Below are positions 47,697 to 57,751 of a stretch of DNA of 64,000 nt, in pieces. The notes beneath the pieces were generated by a model, which made no database searches, was not told the origin of the DNA, and saw nothing but the letters and a program-made list of their open reading frames with translations. Each line of letters opens with the position of its first letter. Position 1 is the stretch's first letter. This stretch comes from Acidobacteriota bacterium (GTDB lineage Bacteria; Acidobacteriota; UBA890; WLXD01), in NCBI GenBank assembly GCA_965248695.1, contig CBDFKD010000002.1:5568001-5632000 (forward strand), read 5' to 3'. Both the position numbers and the translations under genes were made by a program.

Positions 47697-49034
47697 TCAG
47701 ATGCCGCTGAGGTAATCGAGCTCGAGACGGGCCGTGCTATTGCCGAAGCTCTCTACTGGAACACCCAGCTTGTCGAGCAGCGCGACATGCAGGTTCGCGA
47801 GCGGCGTGCCCTCGCCGTAGCGAATGTACTGTCCACCCTCGAGCTGGCCGGCGCCCCCACCGGCTAGCACGATCGGCAGATCGTTGACGATATGGCCGTT
47901 GCCGTCGTTCATGCCGGCGCCGAACTTGATGACCATCTGATCCAGCAACGACCCGTCGCCGTCCGGCGTCGCGGCCAGCTTCTCCAGCAGATGGCTGAAC
48001 AGCCTCGCATGGTAGCGGTTGATCTGGGCACACTTGTCCATCTTCTCGGGGTCATTGCGGTGGTGCGAGATCGGGTGGTGCGAGTCGGGTACACCGATCT
48101 CGGGGTAGGTGCGGCCGTTGAACTCCCTTCCCATCATGAACGTGCAGACGCGAGTGATGTCGGCCTGGTAAGCAATTACCTGCAGGTCGAACATCAACTT
48201 CGCATGCTCCGCGTAGTCGCCTGGAACGCCGGCTGGTCGGTCGAACGCCGGCAGCTCGACGTTCTGCTCGACCGCTCGCTGAATGCGCTGCTCCACCGCG
48301 CGCACGCTCTCCAAGTATCCAGTCAGTCGGGATTGGTCGCTCGGACCGACCTTGTTCTTGAGCAGCGCGACCTCAGCGAGCACCGAATCGAGAATGCTGG
48401 TCTTGCGGAGTGCGCTGGCGCGGCGCGCCGCCGGATCGGTGGTGTCTTCGCCGAACAAGCGCTCGAAGACGGCCGCAGGATCGGTCTCCATCGGCAGCGG
48501 CGAAGTCGGTCCGGCCCAGGAGATCGTTCCCGTGTAGATACAGCTTCCATCGTCGCAAGTCGCCGCGGCGTCCACCGTATCCAGAGCGAGCTCGAGCGAT
48601 GGCAGCTGTGTTGTCCGACCCAGTTCCCGGGCCGCCAGCTGGTCCATCGAGATGCCGGCTTTGAGCGCACGGCTGGGGTGCACGTTGGTCAGGAACTTCG
48701 TGCTCGCCCTCGCGTGAACCGCGGAGGGGGCGCCGGGTGGCCTGATCGGGTCGCTGTCGAGCCCGCCCAACACCTTCAGTCGATCGCGAAACGGCTCCAG
48801 CGGTTTCAAGGCGTACGAAAACTCGAAGTCGGAACCCACCTCGGCGGGGAACCAACGATCCGGGATCACGCCGTTCGGCACATAGACGGCGCCAAAGCGT
48901 TTTATCGCTTTGGCCGGCGTCTGACTGAGAGCGGTGGCCGCAGGCACCATCGCGTCCAGCAGCGGAAGTGCGACGGCAGCGCCCAACCCGCGTAGTACCG
49001 TGCGCCGGGGAATGGCCTTCTTGGCGATGATCAT
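47697..49034 (-). CDS. DUF1552 (HXXSHH) family protein with twin-arginine-like N-terminus
   Basis: IPRRTVLRGLGAAVALPLLDAM, YVPNG, SMDQ, HHPISHH; start placed at ATG 49034. Confidence 0.88.
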   Translation of the reverse strand: MIIAKKAIPRRTVLRGLGAAVALPLLDAMVPAATALSQTPAKAIKRFGAVYVPNGVIPDRWFPAEVGSDFEFSYALKPLEPFRDRLKVLGGLDSDPIRPPGAPSAVHARASTKFLTNVHPSRALKAGISMDQLAARELGRTTQLPSLELALDTVDAAATCDDGSCIYTGTISWAGPTSPLPMETDPAAVFERLFGEDTTDPAARRASALRKTSILDSVLAEVALLKNKVGPSDQSRLTGYLESVRAVEQRIQRAVEQNVELPAFDRPAGVPGDYAEHAKLMFDLQVIAYQADITRVCTFMMGREFNGRTYPEIGVPDSHHPISHHRNDPEKMDKCAQINRYHARLFSHLLEKLAATPDGDGSLLDQMVIKFGAGMNDGNGHIVNDLPIVLAGGGAGQLEGGQYIRYGEGTPLANLHVALLDKLGVPVESFGNSTARLELDYLSGI

Positions 49035-49343
49035 GACGCAGTGCTCTCCATCTGAAGCGGCGCTCTCCCCATCTGGAATGGCTCGCTGGCGACGATTCCC
49101 TGGATGATAGCCGACCACCGGCAATCGGTGGCGGCGGCGCGCCGCAGAATCCTACGAATGGAGGGATTGTCGTAGTACTCGAGTCCTCGGCCGAACGGGT
49201 CAGATCGCCTGGATGCTCGACGTAGGCCTCAAGAGTCCGCTCTTCACGTTGTCGTAGCTGGATCTCGGGGGTAGAGTTCACCTCCTCGTTGGTTCACGGA
49301 GCGCGCTGAACGGGAAACGTCGGGCGCCGGGTAAGAGCAGACA

Positions 49344-51401
49344 ATGCGCCGAATAAGGCTCGCTAGCTCCTTTGTGGCAATCACGCTGTTGGCGGGGCTT
49401 TCGCACGCCGGCGGGCAGCTCTCCCAGACCGAGAGCCAGATCCTGGGCGCGCTGGACAAAGACAGGACCCTCGCCCTCACCCGCCGCCTCTCGGAAGAGC
49501 TGGTCAAGAACGACTCCGGTGGGGGCGCCGGCTCGGCCATCGCCGGCAGCGCCGATGAACGCCTCTTGGCCGGCTTCATCGAGGCCGAAATGACCCGGAT
49601 GGGTCTGGACGTGCGGCGCGAGAGCTTTCCCGTGCACGCCTACGACTACGGCAAAGTACTGCTGCGGGCAGCGGGCAGACAGCTGGCGGCGATTACCCAA
49701 CATTCCGGCGGTGGCACCTGGGGCACGGCCGAGCGCGTGCCGTACACCAAGGGCAACACGTCTGCTGGACGGGTCTTGCGAGCGGCCTTGCTCGATGCCG
49801 GAGAAGGCTGGGTTAATGACTACGCTGATCTGAGCGAGGTGCCCGGCAACGCCGTGCTCGTGCGCCGCGGAGACGACTGGCTCAACAGCCAGGTCGTGAT
49901 GGAGGCGGCGGAACAGGGAGCCTCCGCGATCTTGCTCTACGACTACGACAGCGGTGCGGAGGCCCCACAGGACTCGATCCAGCAGATGAGCATCGTCTAC
50001 CGCGACCCGATCCCGACCGTAACGATCAGCAACAGCGATGCGGCATGGCTCAAGGAGCGCCTCGCCGAGGGCGAGGTGATGATCGAGCTGGAAAACCGGG
50101 TCGACGTCGAATACGGCTCCTCAGAGAACGTCATCGGCATGATCCGGGGCCGGGAGTATCCAGACGAATGGATCATCGTCTCGGCGCACCACGACCGCTG
50201 GTGGCAGGGGGCCCAGGACGACAGCGTCGGGGTGGCCGTCATGCTGGAGTTGGCGCGCGTGATCTCGGAGGGCTACCGGCCGCGGCGCAGCTTCCTCTTC
50301 ATTGGCTTCGGCAGCGAAGAGGTCGGAGGGCTGTGGACCCAGTTCGACTGGCTGGCGGGCTCGCATGCGTTCATCCGGGCACACCCCGAGATCACCTCGC
50401 GGTTGGCCTATGCCTTCAACCTGGACATCGCTGGATGGACGGGGCGCGAGGGCCGCGTGAACGCCACCCCCGACCAGGTTGCCTTCCAACGCGAACTGCT
50501 GGCGGACCTCGGCCTCGACGAGCGGGTGACGGTGCGTGAGCACGTCAGTACCGGCGTCGATGCCTGGTCACTCGGAGGTGTTCGGGGCGGAGCGGTGGCA
50601 ACCCTGAGCTGGACGGGTGACGTCCCCTACAGCCGCTACTACCACACGCAGCACGATGTCTATCGAGCCGAGGACTATGCCAACCTGGAGCACGATCTGC
50701 GACACGGGGCACTCGGCGTGTTGCGGATGGACCAGGCTGTCGTCCTGCCCGTCGGCTTTTCGGAGATCGCCGGCTGGGTCGCCAAAGAGCTCGAGAGGCT
50801 CGAGCAGACGCTCTCGGGTCTCTCGGCGCCGACCGACCTGCTTCGCGACGCCGGACAGGCGGCAGAGCGCCTGCGCGTGCAGGGCGACAGGTTGACCGCG
50901 TCGTCTGCGTCTTTGGCGGATGGAGATCACGCGGCCATGGTCAACGCCCTCTTGATGAACACCCGGCATGATCTCGTTCCCTGGCTTCTGAACACGGAAG
51001 CGCGTCTGCGCGGGAGCGGGCACGCGGACGATGTCGTCGCCCTCCAGAGGGCGCGTATCGCTGCCGCGGATGGAGATGCCGAGGCTGCAGCTACTGCGCT
51101 CGAAGAAGTCAACACGATGCTGTGGGGCAAGCGGGTCTCGTCCGGGACCTATCGCGCCGAGAGGCTGCTCTCCTACGAGCCAACCGGTTGGATGTGGGAG
51201 TTCGACCAGCACCCGCGTCCGGTCAGCCCCGAGCTCTACACCATCTACTCGAAGCTCCGGGCAGGGCGCGGCGCCGATTCGGTCGCCGGGATCGGCAGGC
51301 TCGAGGCGCAGGCGGAGGGCTCGCTGCGGGAGGCCTTGTTCATCGTCAGCGGCAAGCTCAGGGACGCCGCGAGGGCGCTCGCCGACACTCCTCTACCGTA
51401 G
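49344..51401 (+). CDS. secreted M28 family metallopeptidase with PA domain
   Basis: Signal peptide; SAHHD, GAQDD, GSEE, NLD and YYHT zinc-ligand motifs. Confidence 0.87.
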   Translation: MRRIRLASSFVAITLLAGLSHAGGQLSQTESQILGALDKDRTLALTRRLSEELVKNDSGGGAGSAIAGSADERLLAGFIEAEMTRMGLDVRRESFPVHAYDYGKVLLRAAGRQLAAITQHSGGGTWGTAERVPYTKGNTSAGRVLRAALLDAGEGWVNDYADLSEVPGNAVLVRRGDDWLNSQVVMEAAEQGASAILLYDYDSGAEAPQDSIQQMSIVYRDPIPTVTISNSDAAWLKERLAEGEVMIELENRVDVEYGSSENVIGMIRGREYPDEWIIVSAHHDRWWQGAQDDSVGVAVMLELARVISEGYRPRRSFLFIGFGSEEVGGLWTQFDWLAGSHAFIRAHPEITSRLAYAFNLDIAGWTGREGRVNATPDQVAFQRELLADLGLDERVTVREHVSTGVDAWSLGGVRGGAVATLSWTGDVPYSRYYHTQHDVYRAEDYANLEHDLRHGALGVLRMDQAVVLPVGFSEIAGWVAKELERLEQTLSGLSAPTDLLRDAGQAAERLRVQGDRLTASSASLADGDHAAMVNALLMNTRHDLVPWLLNTEARLRGSGHADDVVALQRARIAAADGDAEAAATALEEVNTMLWGKRVSSGTYRAERLLSYEPTGWMWEFDQHPRPVSPELYTIYSKLRAGRGADSVAGIGRLEAQAEGSLREALFIVSGKLRDAARALADTPLP

Positions 51402-51567
51402 GCTCGGGTGCCTCTAATCGGAAGAGTCGGTCGGCTCCCTACTGTTAACCGGCGCCCGGTCGTGATACGCCTGAGCCAGACTCCCGACGGGGACGAAGCC
51501 CGATTCGGAGAACGTGGTCGGGAGCTCTTGCACCGCGCCACTTCAGCCCGTTGATCGAGGAGAGTCC

Positions 51568-52953
51568 ATGAGCGCAAGGAAAGGCAAGCGCAAGAAAGAC
51601 GGCATGAGCCGCCGCGACTTCGCCAAGTCCTCGGTTGCCGCTGGTGCCGCTGCCGTCACGCTTCCGAAAGAGCTACGTGCCGAGACGGCCTCGGGGAAGA
51701 CAAGACAGAGCTTGCGGGATGGCTGGACAGCGGGCACCACCATTCCGGCCGAGTATTACGTCGACGAGAGGCACTACGTCGCAGATGAGCGTTTCCTCGC
51801 CGAGAACATCTGGCTCTACGTCGACCACGAAAGCCGCATTCCGAACGTCGGCGACTACTTCGTGTTCGAGATGGGGCGCTCGGAGAGCGTCATCATCGTA
51901 CGCGGCAACGACGACGGCCAGATCCGGGCCTTTCACAATGTTTGCCGCCACCGTGGCTCGCGGCTCTGCCGACACGATGCCGATTCGATCCCCGGCGACC
52001 CGCGGCTGTCAGTCAAGCAGCTGGGGCAGAGCGGCAACTCGCCCGTGTTTCGCTGCCCTTACCACGCCTGGACCTATGACGTGGACGGCAACCTGATCTA
52101 CGCCTACGGCATGCAAGAGGACTTCGACCCAGCGGACAACGGCTTGAACCCGTGTCACCTGCGAACGTCGGAGGGCAGCATCTTCGTCAACCTGTCGCAG
52201 CAGGACGAGCCACCGGACTTCGAGTCCGCCGTCTCGGCACAACAGCTCATGGGCCGGTACTACGGACACGCGGGCCTGAAGATCGCCGCCCGGGAAAGCC
52301 ACCTGGTCCATGCCAACTGGAAGCTGGTGTTGGAAAACTTCTCCGAGTGCTATCACTGCGGACCAACCCACAAGGGGTTGACCACCACCCACAACTACGA
52401 CTACGACGCCACGCCCGAGCAGATGGCGGTGCGCAACGCGGCGGTGGGCGAATGGCTGACGCCGGCGGGCAGGGTACGGCCCGAGGGTCCCGAGCAGGGG
52501 CCGCGGCTGACAGGGAACCTCAACCCCGGCTTCGTCACGGGGTCCAGCGACGGCAAGTCGGTGGCACCGTTGCTTCCAACCATCGAGCAGCCAACTCACG
52601 GCACCAACGAGGCATACACGGGTTACTACACCGGCTACTGGCAATCCTATGACGACTACGTCGTCGGGCTCCGGTTCACGCCTCGAGACGTCGCGCTCAC
52701 CGACGCTGAGCTCATCTGGCTGGTGCACCCGGACGCCGTGGAGGGAAGAGACTACGATCTGGACACCCTCAAGGCCTTCTGGCAGATCATCGTCCAAGAG
52801 GATATCTGGGTGATCGGCAACAACCACAGGGGCGTGCTCTCCGGCGCCTATCGTTCAGGTCCGTACTCTACCCATGAGAATTCCACGGCCGATTTCATCA
52901 AGTGGTACATGGACGAGGTCGTGACGGCGGGAGGGCGGCCAGACCTGGCATAG
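51568..52953 (+). CDS. Rieske non-heme iron oxygenase alpha subunit with Tat signal (R2)
   Basis: MSRRDFAKSSVAAGAAAVTLPKELRA; CRH...CPYH; NWKLVLENFSECYHCGPTH; QEDIW. Confidence 0.9.
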   Translation: MSARKGKRKKDGMSRRDFAKSSVAAGAAAVTLPKELRAETASGKTRQSLRDGWTAGTTIPAEYYVDERHYVADERFLAENIWLYVDHESRIPNVGDYFVFEMGRSESVIIVRGNDDGQIRAFHNVCRHRGSRLCRHDADSIPGDPRLSVKQLGQSGNSPVFRCPYHAWTYDVDGNLIYAYGMQEDFDPADNGLNPCHLRTSEGSIFVNLSQQDEPPDFESAVSAQQLMGRYYGHAGLKIAARESHLVHANWKLVLENFSECYHCGPTHKGLTTTHNYDYDATPEQMAVRNAAVGEWLTPAGRVRPEGPEQGPRLTGNLNPGFVTGSSDGKSVAPLLPTIEQPTHGTNEAYTGYYTGYWQSYDDYVVGLRFTPRDVALTDAELIWLVHPDAVEGRDYDLDTLKAFWQIIVQEDIWVIGNNHRGVLSGAYRSGPYSTHENSTADFIKWYMDEVVTAGGRPDLA

Positions 52954-53005
52954 GTCGCTTCCCCACAATTCAGAGTGCATCGGCCCAGAGAAGTTGGAGG
53001 GCGGG

Positions 53006-54328
53006 ATGAGCAAGAACGAGGAAGTCACCACGTCGACCCGGCGTGACCTGGCGCGCAGCGCAGTCGCTGCGTATACCGCCGCCGCCCTCGGGCTGCCGCG
53101 GAACCTGTTTGCCCGTGCGATTCCGGATACAGGCCAGATGGGGGGCGGAGAATCCGGCCCCGCGGGGTGGGTACGAGACACGATCGACGCCGAGTACTAC
53201 GTCGACGAAGCGCGCTGGCAGGTCGACGAGCGCCTGGTGGCCGACCACTTCTGGCAGATGGTCGACCACGTGAGCAGGATCCCCGAGCCGGGCGACTTCT
53301 TCGTGTTCGAGTTCGGTCGCTCCGAGTCCATCTTGATCGTGCGCGGGCGAGACAACGAAGTCCGCGGCTTCTACAACGTCTGCCGCCACCGCGGCTCGCG
53401 CCTGTGCCGTCACGATGCCGATCCGATTCCCGAGGACCCGCGCCTGTCGGTCAAGCAGCTGGGCCAGTCAGGTAGCTCGCCGGTGTTCCGCTGCCCGTAC
53501 CACGCCTGGACCTACGACACCGAGGGCAGCCTGATCTACGCCTACGGCATGCAGGACGACTTCGACCCGGCCGAAAACGGCCTGATCCCCTGCCACCTTC
53601 GTGTGGCCGAGGGCTTCATCTTCGTGAACCTGTCGCGCGAGGCGGAGCCGCCGGAGTTCGAGACGGCGATCGAGCCGTTCCGCGAGGTGGGTCAGTCACA
53701 CGGCATGGCCGACCTGAAGGTGGCCGAGCGCGTCTTCGTGCCGTGCCGGTCCAACTGGAAGCTGGCGCTCGAGAACTTCCTGGAGTGCTACCACTGTGGG
53801 CCGTCGCACGACTACCTGTGCCACGTGTTCCCGAACATCGATCTCTCGCTACCGGAATCTCAAAGACCTGGGAGCGGGATGCCCGCGAGCTTCGTCAGCG
53901 CCACGATGGACGGCAAGCCGGCGGCACCGTTGCTGCCCGCCTTCGAGCGCAGAACTGGCCGGAAGATGGGAAGCGACGTGGCGACGGGTTGGTCGACCGG
54001 TTACTGGTCTCCCAACGAGGACTACGTCTTTGCAGTCCGATTCACCCCCCGCGATGTGGACCTCACCGACGTGGAGTGCACCTGGCTCGTGCACCCGGAC
54101 GCGAAGCGCGGCGTGGACTACGACCCGGAGAGGCTGAAGGAAGTCTGGTACGTCACGCTGCTGGAGGACATCTGGTTGTGCGAGAACAACCACATCGGGA
54201 TCCGCTCAGGCGCCTACCGCCCCGGACGCTACGCCACCCACGAGATCGGCCGGATCCTGCCGGCCAACTTCATGCACTGGTACGTGAAGGCCGTGGCGGG
54301 TGACGTCGGCCGAGTGATGCCTTACTGA
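53006..54328 (+). CDS. Rieske non-heme iron oxygenase alpha subunit with Tat-like signal (R3)
   Basis: STRRDLA; same Rieske and mononuclear-Fe motifs as R1. Confidence 0.9.
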   Translation: MSKNEEVTTSTRRDLARSAVAAYTAAALGLPRNLFARAIPDTGQMGGGESGPAGWVRDTIDAEYYVDEARWQVDERLVADHFWQMVDHVSRIPEPGDFFVFEFGRSESILIVRGRDNEVRGFYNVCRHRGSRLCRHDADPIPEDPRLSVKQLGQSGSSPVFRCPYHAWTYDTEGSLIYAYGMQDDFDPAENGLIPCHLRVAEGFIFVNLSREAEPPEFETAIEPFREVGQSHGMADLKVAERVFVPCRSNWKLALENFLECYHCGPSHDYLCHVFPNIDLSLPESQRPGSGMPASFVSATMDGKPAAPLLPAFERRTGRKMGSDVATGWSTGYWSPNEDYVFAVRFTPRDVDLTDVECTWLVHPDAKRGVDYDPERLKEVWYVTLLEDIWLCENNHIGIRSGAYRPGRYATHEIGRILPANFMHWYVKAVAGDVGRVMPY

Positions 54329-54345
54329 CGAGCTTGGAGGATGGG

Positions 54346-55728
54346 ATGAGCAAGAAAGAGGAAGGCAACAAATCGACTCGGCGTGACTTGGCGCGTAGCG
54401 CTGTTGTCGGCTACACCGCCGCCGCCCTCGGGCTGCCAGCTCACCTGCTTGGCAGGGAAGTTGCGGAAGTGGGCCAGATGGCCAGCGGGGAATCGGGCGT
54501 CGCTGGGTCGCTCGGAGCCACGATTGACGCCGAGTACTACACGGACGCAGAGCGCTGGGAGTTCGATGAGCGCCTGGTGGCCGACCACTTCTGGCAAATG
54601 GTCGACCACGAGAGCAGGATCCCGAATACAGGCGACTTCTTCGTGTTCGAGTTCGGTCGCAGCGAGAGCATCCTGATCGTGCGCGGGCGGGACAACGAAG
54701 TCCGCGGCTTCTATAACGTGTGCCGCCACCGCGGCTCGCGCCTGTGTCGTCACGATGCGGATGCGATCCCCCAGGATCCACGCCTGTCGGTCAAGCAGCT
54801 CAGCCAGTCGGGCAGCTCGCCGGTGTTCCGCTGCCCCTACCACGCCTGGACGTACGACACCGAAGGCAGCCTGATCTATGCCTACGGCATGCAGGAGGAC
54901 TTCGACCCGGCGGACAACGGTTTGATCCCCTGCCACCTGCGCATCGCGGACGGCATGATCTTCGTGAACCTGTCGCGAGAGCCGGAACCGCCAGAGTTCG
55001 AGACAGCAGTCGAGCCCTTCCGCCGCGATGTGGGCAGACCCCACGGCACCGCCGACTTGAAGGTCGGCGAGCGGGTCTACGTTGCGATGCACGCCAACTG
55101 GAAGCTGGCGCTGGAGAACTTCCTGGAGTGCTACCACTGCGGTCCGTCGCACGACTACCTGTGCTACGTGTACCCGGGCTCCGACTTCACCACGGAGTCC
55201 GAGAAACAGGGGAAGGGTGGGCTGCTCAACGGATTCGTCACCGGCACGATGGACGGCAAGGCGGCGGCACCGTTGCTGCCCGCCTTTGAGGGCACCGACG
55301 CGAGGACAACGTCACGCACGTCGACCGAGACGACGTCGGGTTGGTCGACCGGCTACTGGCTCGGGTACGACGATCACGTCTTCACGGTGAGGTTCACCCC
55401 CCGTGACGTCGATCTCACCGACGTGGAGTGCACCTGGCTGGTGCATCCGGATGCGAAGCGCGGCGTCGATTACGACCCCGAGAGGCTAAAGGAAGTGTGG
55501 CTCGTCACGCTGCTGGAGGACATCTGGTTGTGCGAGAACAACCACGCCGGCATTCGCTCAGGCGCCTACCAGCCTGGCCGCTACGCCACTCATGAGCGCA
55601 GCCCGTCCAGATTCATACAGTGGTATATGGCCGCCGTCGCGGGTGACATCGGGCCGGCGTGGAACCCACGGCGGTATGAGCGTCCGACTGCCCGCCTCGA
55701 GGGTCCGGACGATGCACTCTTGACCTGA
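54346..55728 (+). CDS. Rieske non-heme iron oxygenase alpha subunit with Tat-like signal (R4)
   Basis: STRRDLA; same motifs as R1; distinct C-terminal tail. Confidence 0.9.
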   Translation: MSKKEEGNKSTRRDLARSAVVGYTAAALGLPAHLLGREVAEVGQMASGESGVAGSLGATIDAEYYTDAERWEFDERLVADHFWQMVDHESRIPNTGDFFVFEFGRSESILIVRGRDNEVRGFYNVCRHRGSRLCRHDADAIPQDPRLSVKQLSQSGSSPVFRCPYHAWTYDTEGSLIYAYGMQEDFDPADNGLIPCHLRIADGMIFVNLSREPEPPEFETAVEPFRRDVGRPHGTADLKVGERVYVAMHANWKLALENFLECYHCGPSHDYLCYVYPGSDFTTESEKQGKGGLLNGFVTGTMDGKAAAPLLPAFEGTDARTTSRTSTETTSGWSTGYWLGYDDHVFTVRFTPRDVDLTDVECTWLVHPDAKRGVDYDPERLKEVWLVTLLEDIWLCENNHAGIRSGAYQPGRYATHERSPSRFIQWYMAAVAGDIGPAWNPRRYERPTARLEGPDDALLT

Positions 55729-55790
55729 ATCTCCGAGTTGCTGCATCAGGTAGCGACTGCGGGCAACCGAGCGCACTCCGCGCACCGAGG

Positions 55791-57725
55791 ATGCACATGA
55801 GAGATCGGGATCTTGATCTGGGAATGCACCGGGAGATCACCCGGCGTGATTTCGTCTCCGGTGTCAGCGTAGCGCTGAGCGGCAGCCTCGCATTGCCGTG
55901 GGCGCAGACGGGCGCCCTGGCTAACCCCACGGCTCCGGCACAAACCCCACAGTCCATGGCGGCCGCGTATCCACCGATCCGGACCGGTATGCGCGGCAGT
56001 CATGAAGGCTCCTACGAGGTCGCTCACCAGCTTCGAGATGGCATGCGCTGGGACAACCCGGAGGAGACGGGTGAGCTCTACGACCTGATCGTGGTCGGTG
56101 GCGGCATCAGCGGCCTCGCCTCGGCATGGTTTTATCGCGAAGCCGTCCCCGGGGCGCGCATCCTGATCCTCGATAACCACGACGACTTCGGCGGTCATGC
56201 CAAGCGCAACGAGTTCTGGCACGAAGACCAGATGGAGCTGTCACATGGCGGCACCATCTTCATCTCCAACTTGCATCGGTACAGTGCAGCAGCCCAGCGC
56301 CTGATCCGCGGGATCGGCATCGATGTGAACCGCTACTCCGAGTTCCTCGACGAGGATCTGTACAGCTCGCTCGGCATGGGCGGGTCGGTCTTCTTCGACC
56401 GCGAGACGTTCGGCACCGATCGTCTGCTGTTGGGTGAAGGCGAGCCATCTTGGCGCCAGTTTCTGGCGCACGCACCCTTGTCCGAGGCGGCGCGTGAGGA
56501 CCTCGTACGACTCCACGAATCGGACGTCGATTATCTGGCGCACCTCAGCTTGGAGGAGAAGGTCGAGTACCTTCAGCACACGAGCTACGAGGACTTTCTC
56601 TTGCAGGTGGTCAAGATCAGCCCGGAGGCGGTCTCCTTCCTCCGGACGTCCAACGGCTGGGCGATCGGCATCGACGCCATCTCCGCCTGGAGTGGCGCTG
56701 GCAGCCGGCCAGGAACCACCGGGCTCGGTTTGGGTCGCGACGATGCGGCCGCCGAACCGCGCGAGGAGCGCGCGTTCTTCCAGTTCCCGGATGGCAACTC
56801 TTCCGTCGCGCGCCTGCTCGTCCGGTCGCTGATCCCCGACGTCGCTCCCGGCACCACGATGGAGGATGTCGTCGCTGCACGATTCGATTACGGCAAGCTC
56901 GATCGGGAAGACTCGCCCGTCCGCGTGCGCCTGGAGAGCACAGCGGTGCGAGTAGGCCACCGGGGCGATCCGCGCACTGCCGAAGAAGTCGAGGTCACCT
57001 ACGTCCGCCACGGCCGCGCCCAGCGAGCTCGCGCCGGCCGCTGTGTGCTTGCCTGCTACAACGCGGTCATTCCTCATATTTGCGACGAGCTGCCGGACAC
57101 GCAAGAGCACGCGCTATCGAATGCTCTCAAGGCGCCCCTTATCTACACCAACGTCCTGATCCGCAACTGGACCGCCTTCCAGAAGCTCGGCACGCACGAT
57201 GTGCGCTGCCCGGGCAGTTATTTCGACGACGTCAATCTGACACCGCCGATCAGCATTGGAGGCTACCGACACGCAAGCACTCCCGACGAGCCCACCGTGG
57301 TGCGCATGTGGCGCGCCCCGCTGGTGCCCGAGGCCCGCGGGCAGTCCGCGGCGGAGCAATGGAAAGCCGCCCGCCAGAGTCTGGTGATGACGACGTTCGA
57401 GACCTTCGAGCGCAAGATCAGGGATCAGCTCGGCCGCATACTCTCCACCGGAGGCTTCGACCCGGCGCGCGACATCGAGGCGATCACCGTGAACCGCTGG
57501 CCACACGGCTATGCCTACGGCCACGATCTGGAGACCGGTCAGATCGCATGGAGGCTCGATGAGGTACCGCCCGAGCGCTCTTCGTGGATCGTCGCCCGCC
57601 AGCGTTTCGGCCGCATCGGGATCGCCAACTCGGACGCGATGGCCGACGCCATGACCGAAGGTGCGATCGGCGCGGCGCATCTGGCGGTCGAGGCGCTCAT
57701 TGCCCCCGAGACAGCGCCATTGTGA
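55791..57725 (+). CDS. Tat-exported spermidine dehydrogenase (SpdH)-like flavoprotein (S2)
   Basis: Paralog of 45689-47623 with the same motifs. Confidence 0.87.
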   Translation: MHMRDRDLDLGMHREITRRDFVSGVSVALSGSLALPWAQTGALANPTAPAQTPQSMAAAYPPIRTGMRGSHEGSYEVAHQLRDGMRWDNPEETGELYDLIVVGGGISGLASAWFYREAVPGARILILDNHDDFGGHAKRNEFWHEDQMELSHGGTIFISNLHRYSAAAQRLIRGIGIDVNRYSEFLDEDLYSSLGMGGSVFFDRETFGTDRLLLGEGEPSWRQFLAHAPLSEAAREDLVRLHESDVDYLAHLSLEEKVEYLQHTSYEDFLLQVVKISPEAVSFLRTSNGWAIGIDAISAWSGAGSRPGTTGLGLGRDDAAAEPREERAFFQFPDGNSSVARLLVRSLIPDVAPGTTMEDVVAARFDYGKLDREDSPVRVRLESTAVRVGHRGDPRTAEEVEVTYVRHGRAQRARAGRCVLACYNAVIPHICDELPDTQEHALSNALKAPLIYTNVLIRNWTAFQKLGTHDVRCPGSYFDDVNLTPPISIGGYRHASTPDEPTVVRMWRAPLVPEARGQSAAEQWKAARQSLVMTTFETFERKIRDQLGRILSTGGFDPARDIEAITVNRWPHGYAYGHDLETGQIAWRLDEVPPERSSWIVARQRFGRIGIANSDAMADAMTEGAIGAAHLAVEALIAPETAPL

Positions 57726-57751
57726 TCACAGCGGGCTCACCCCTGCGCAGG

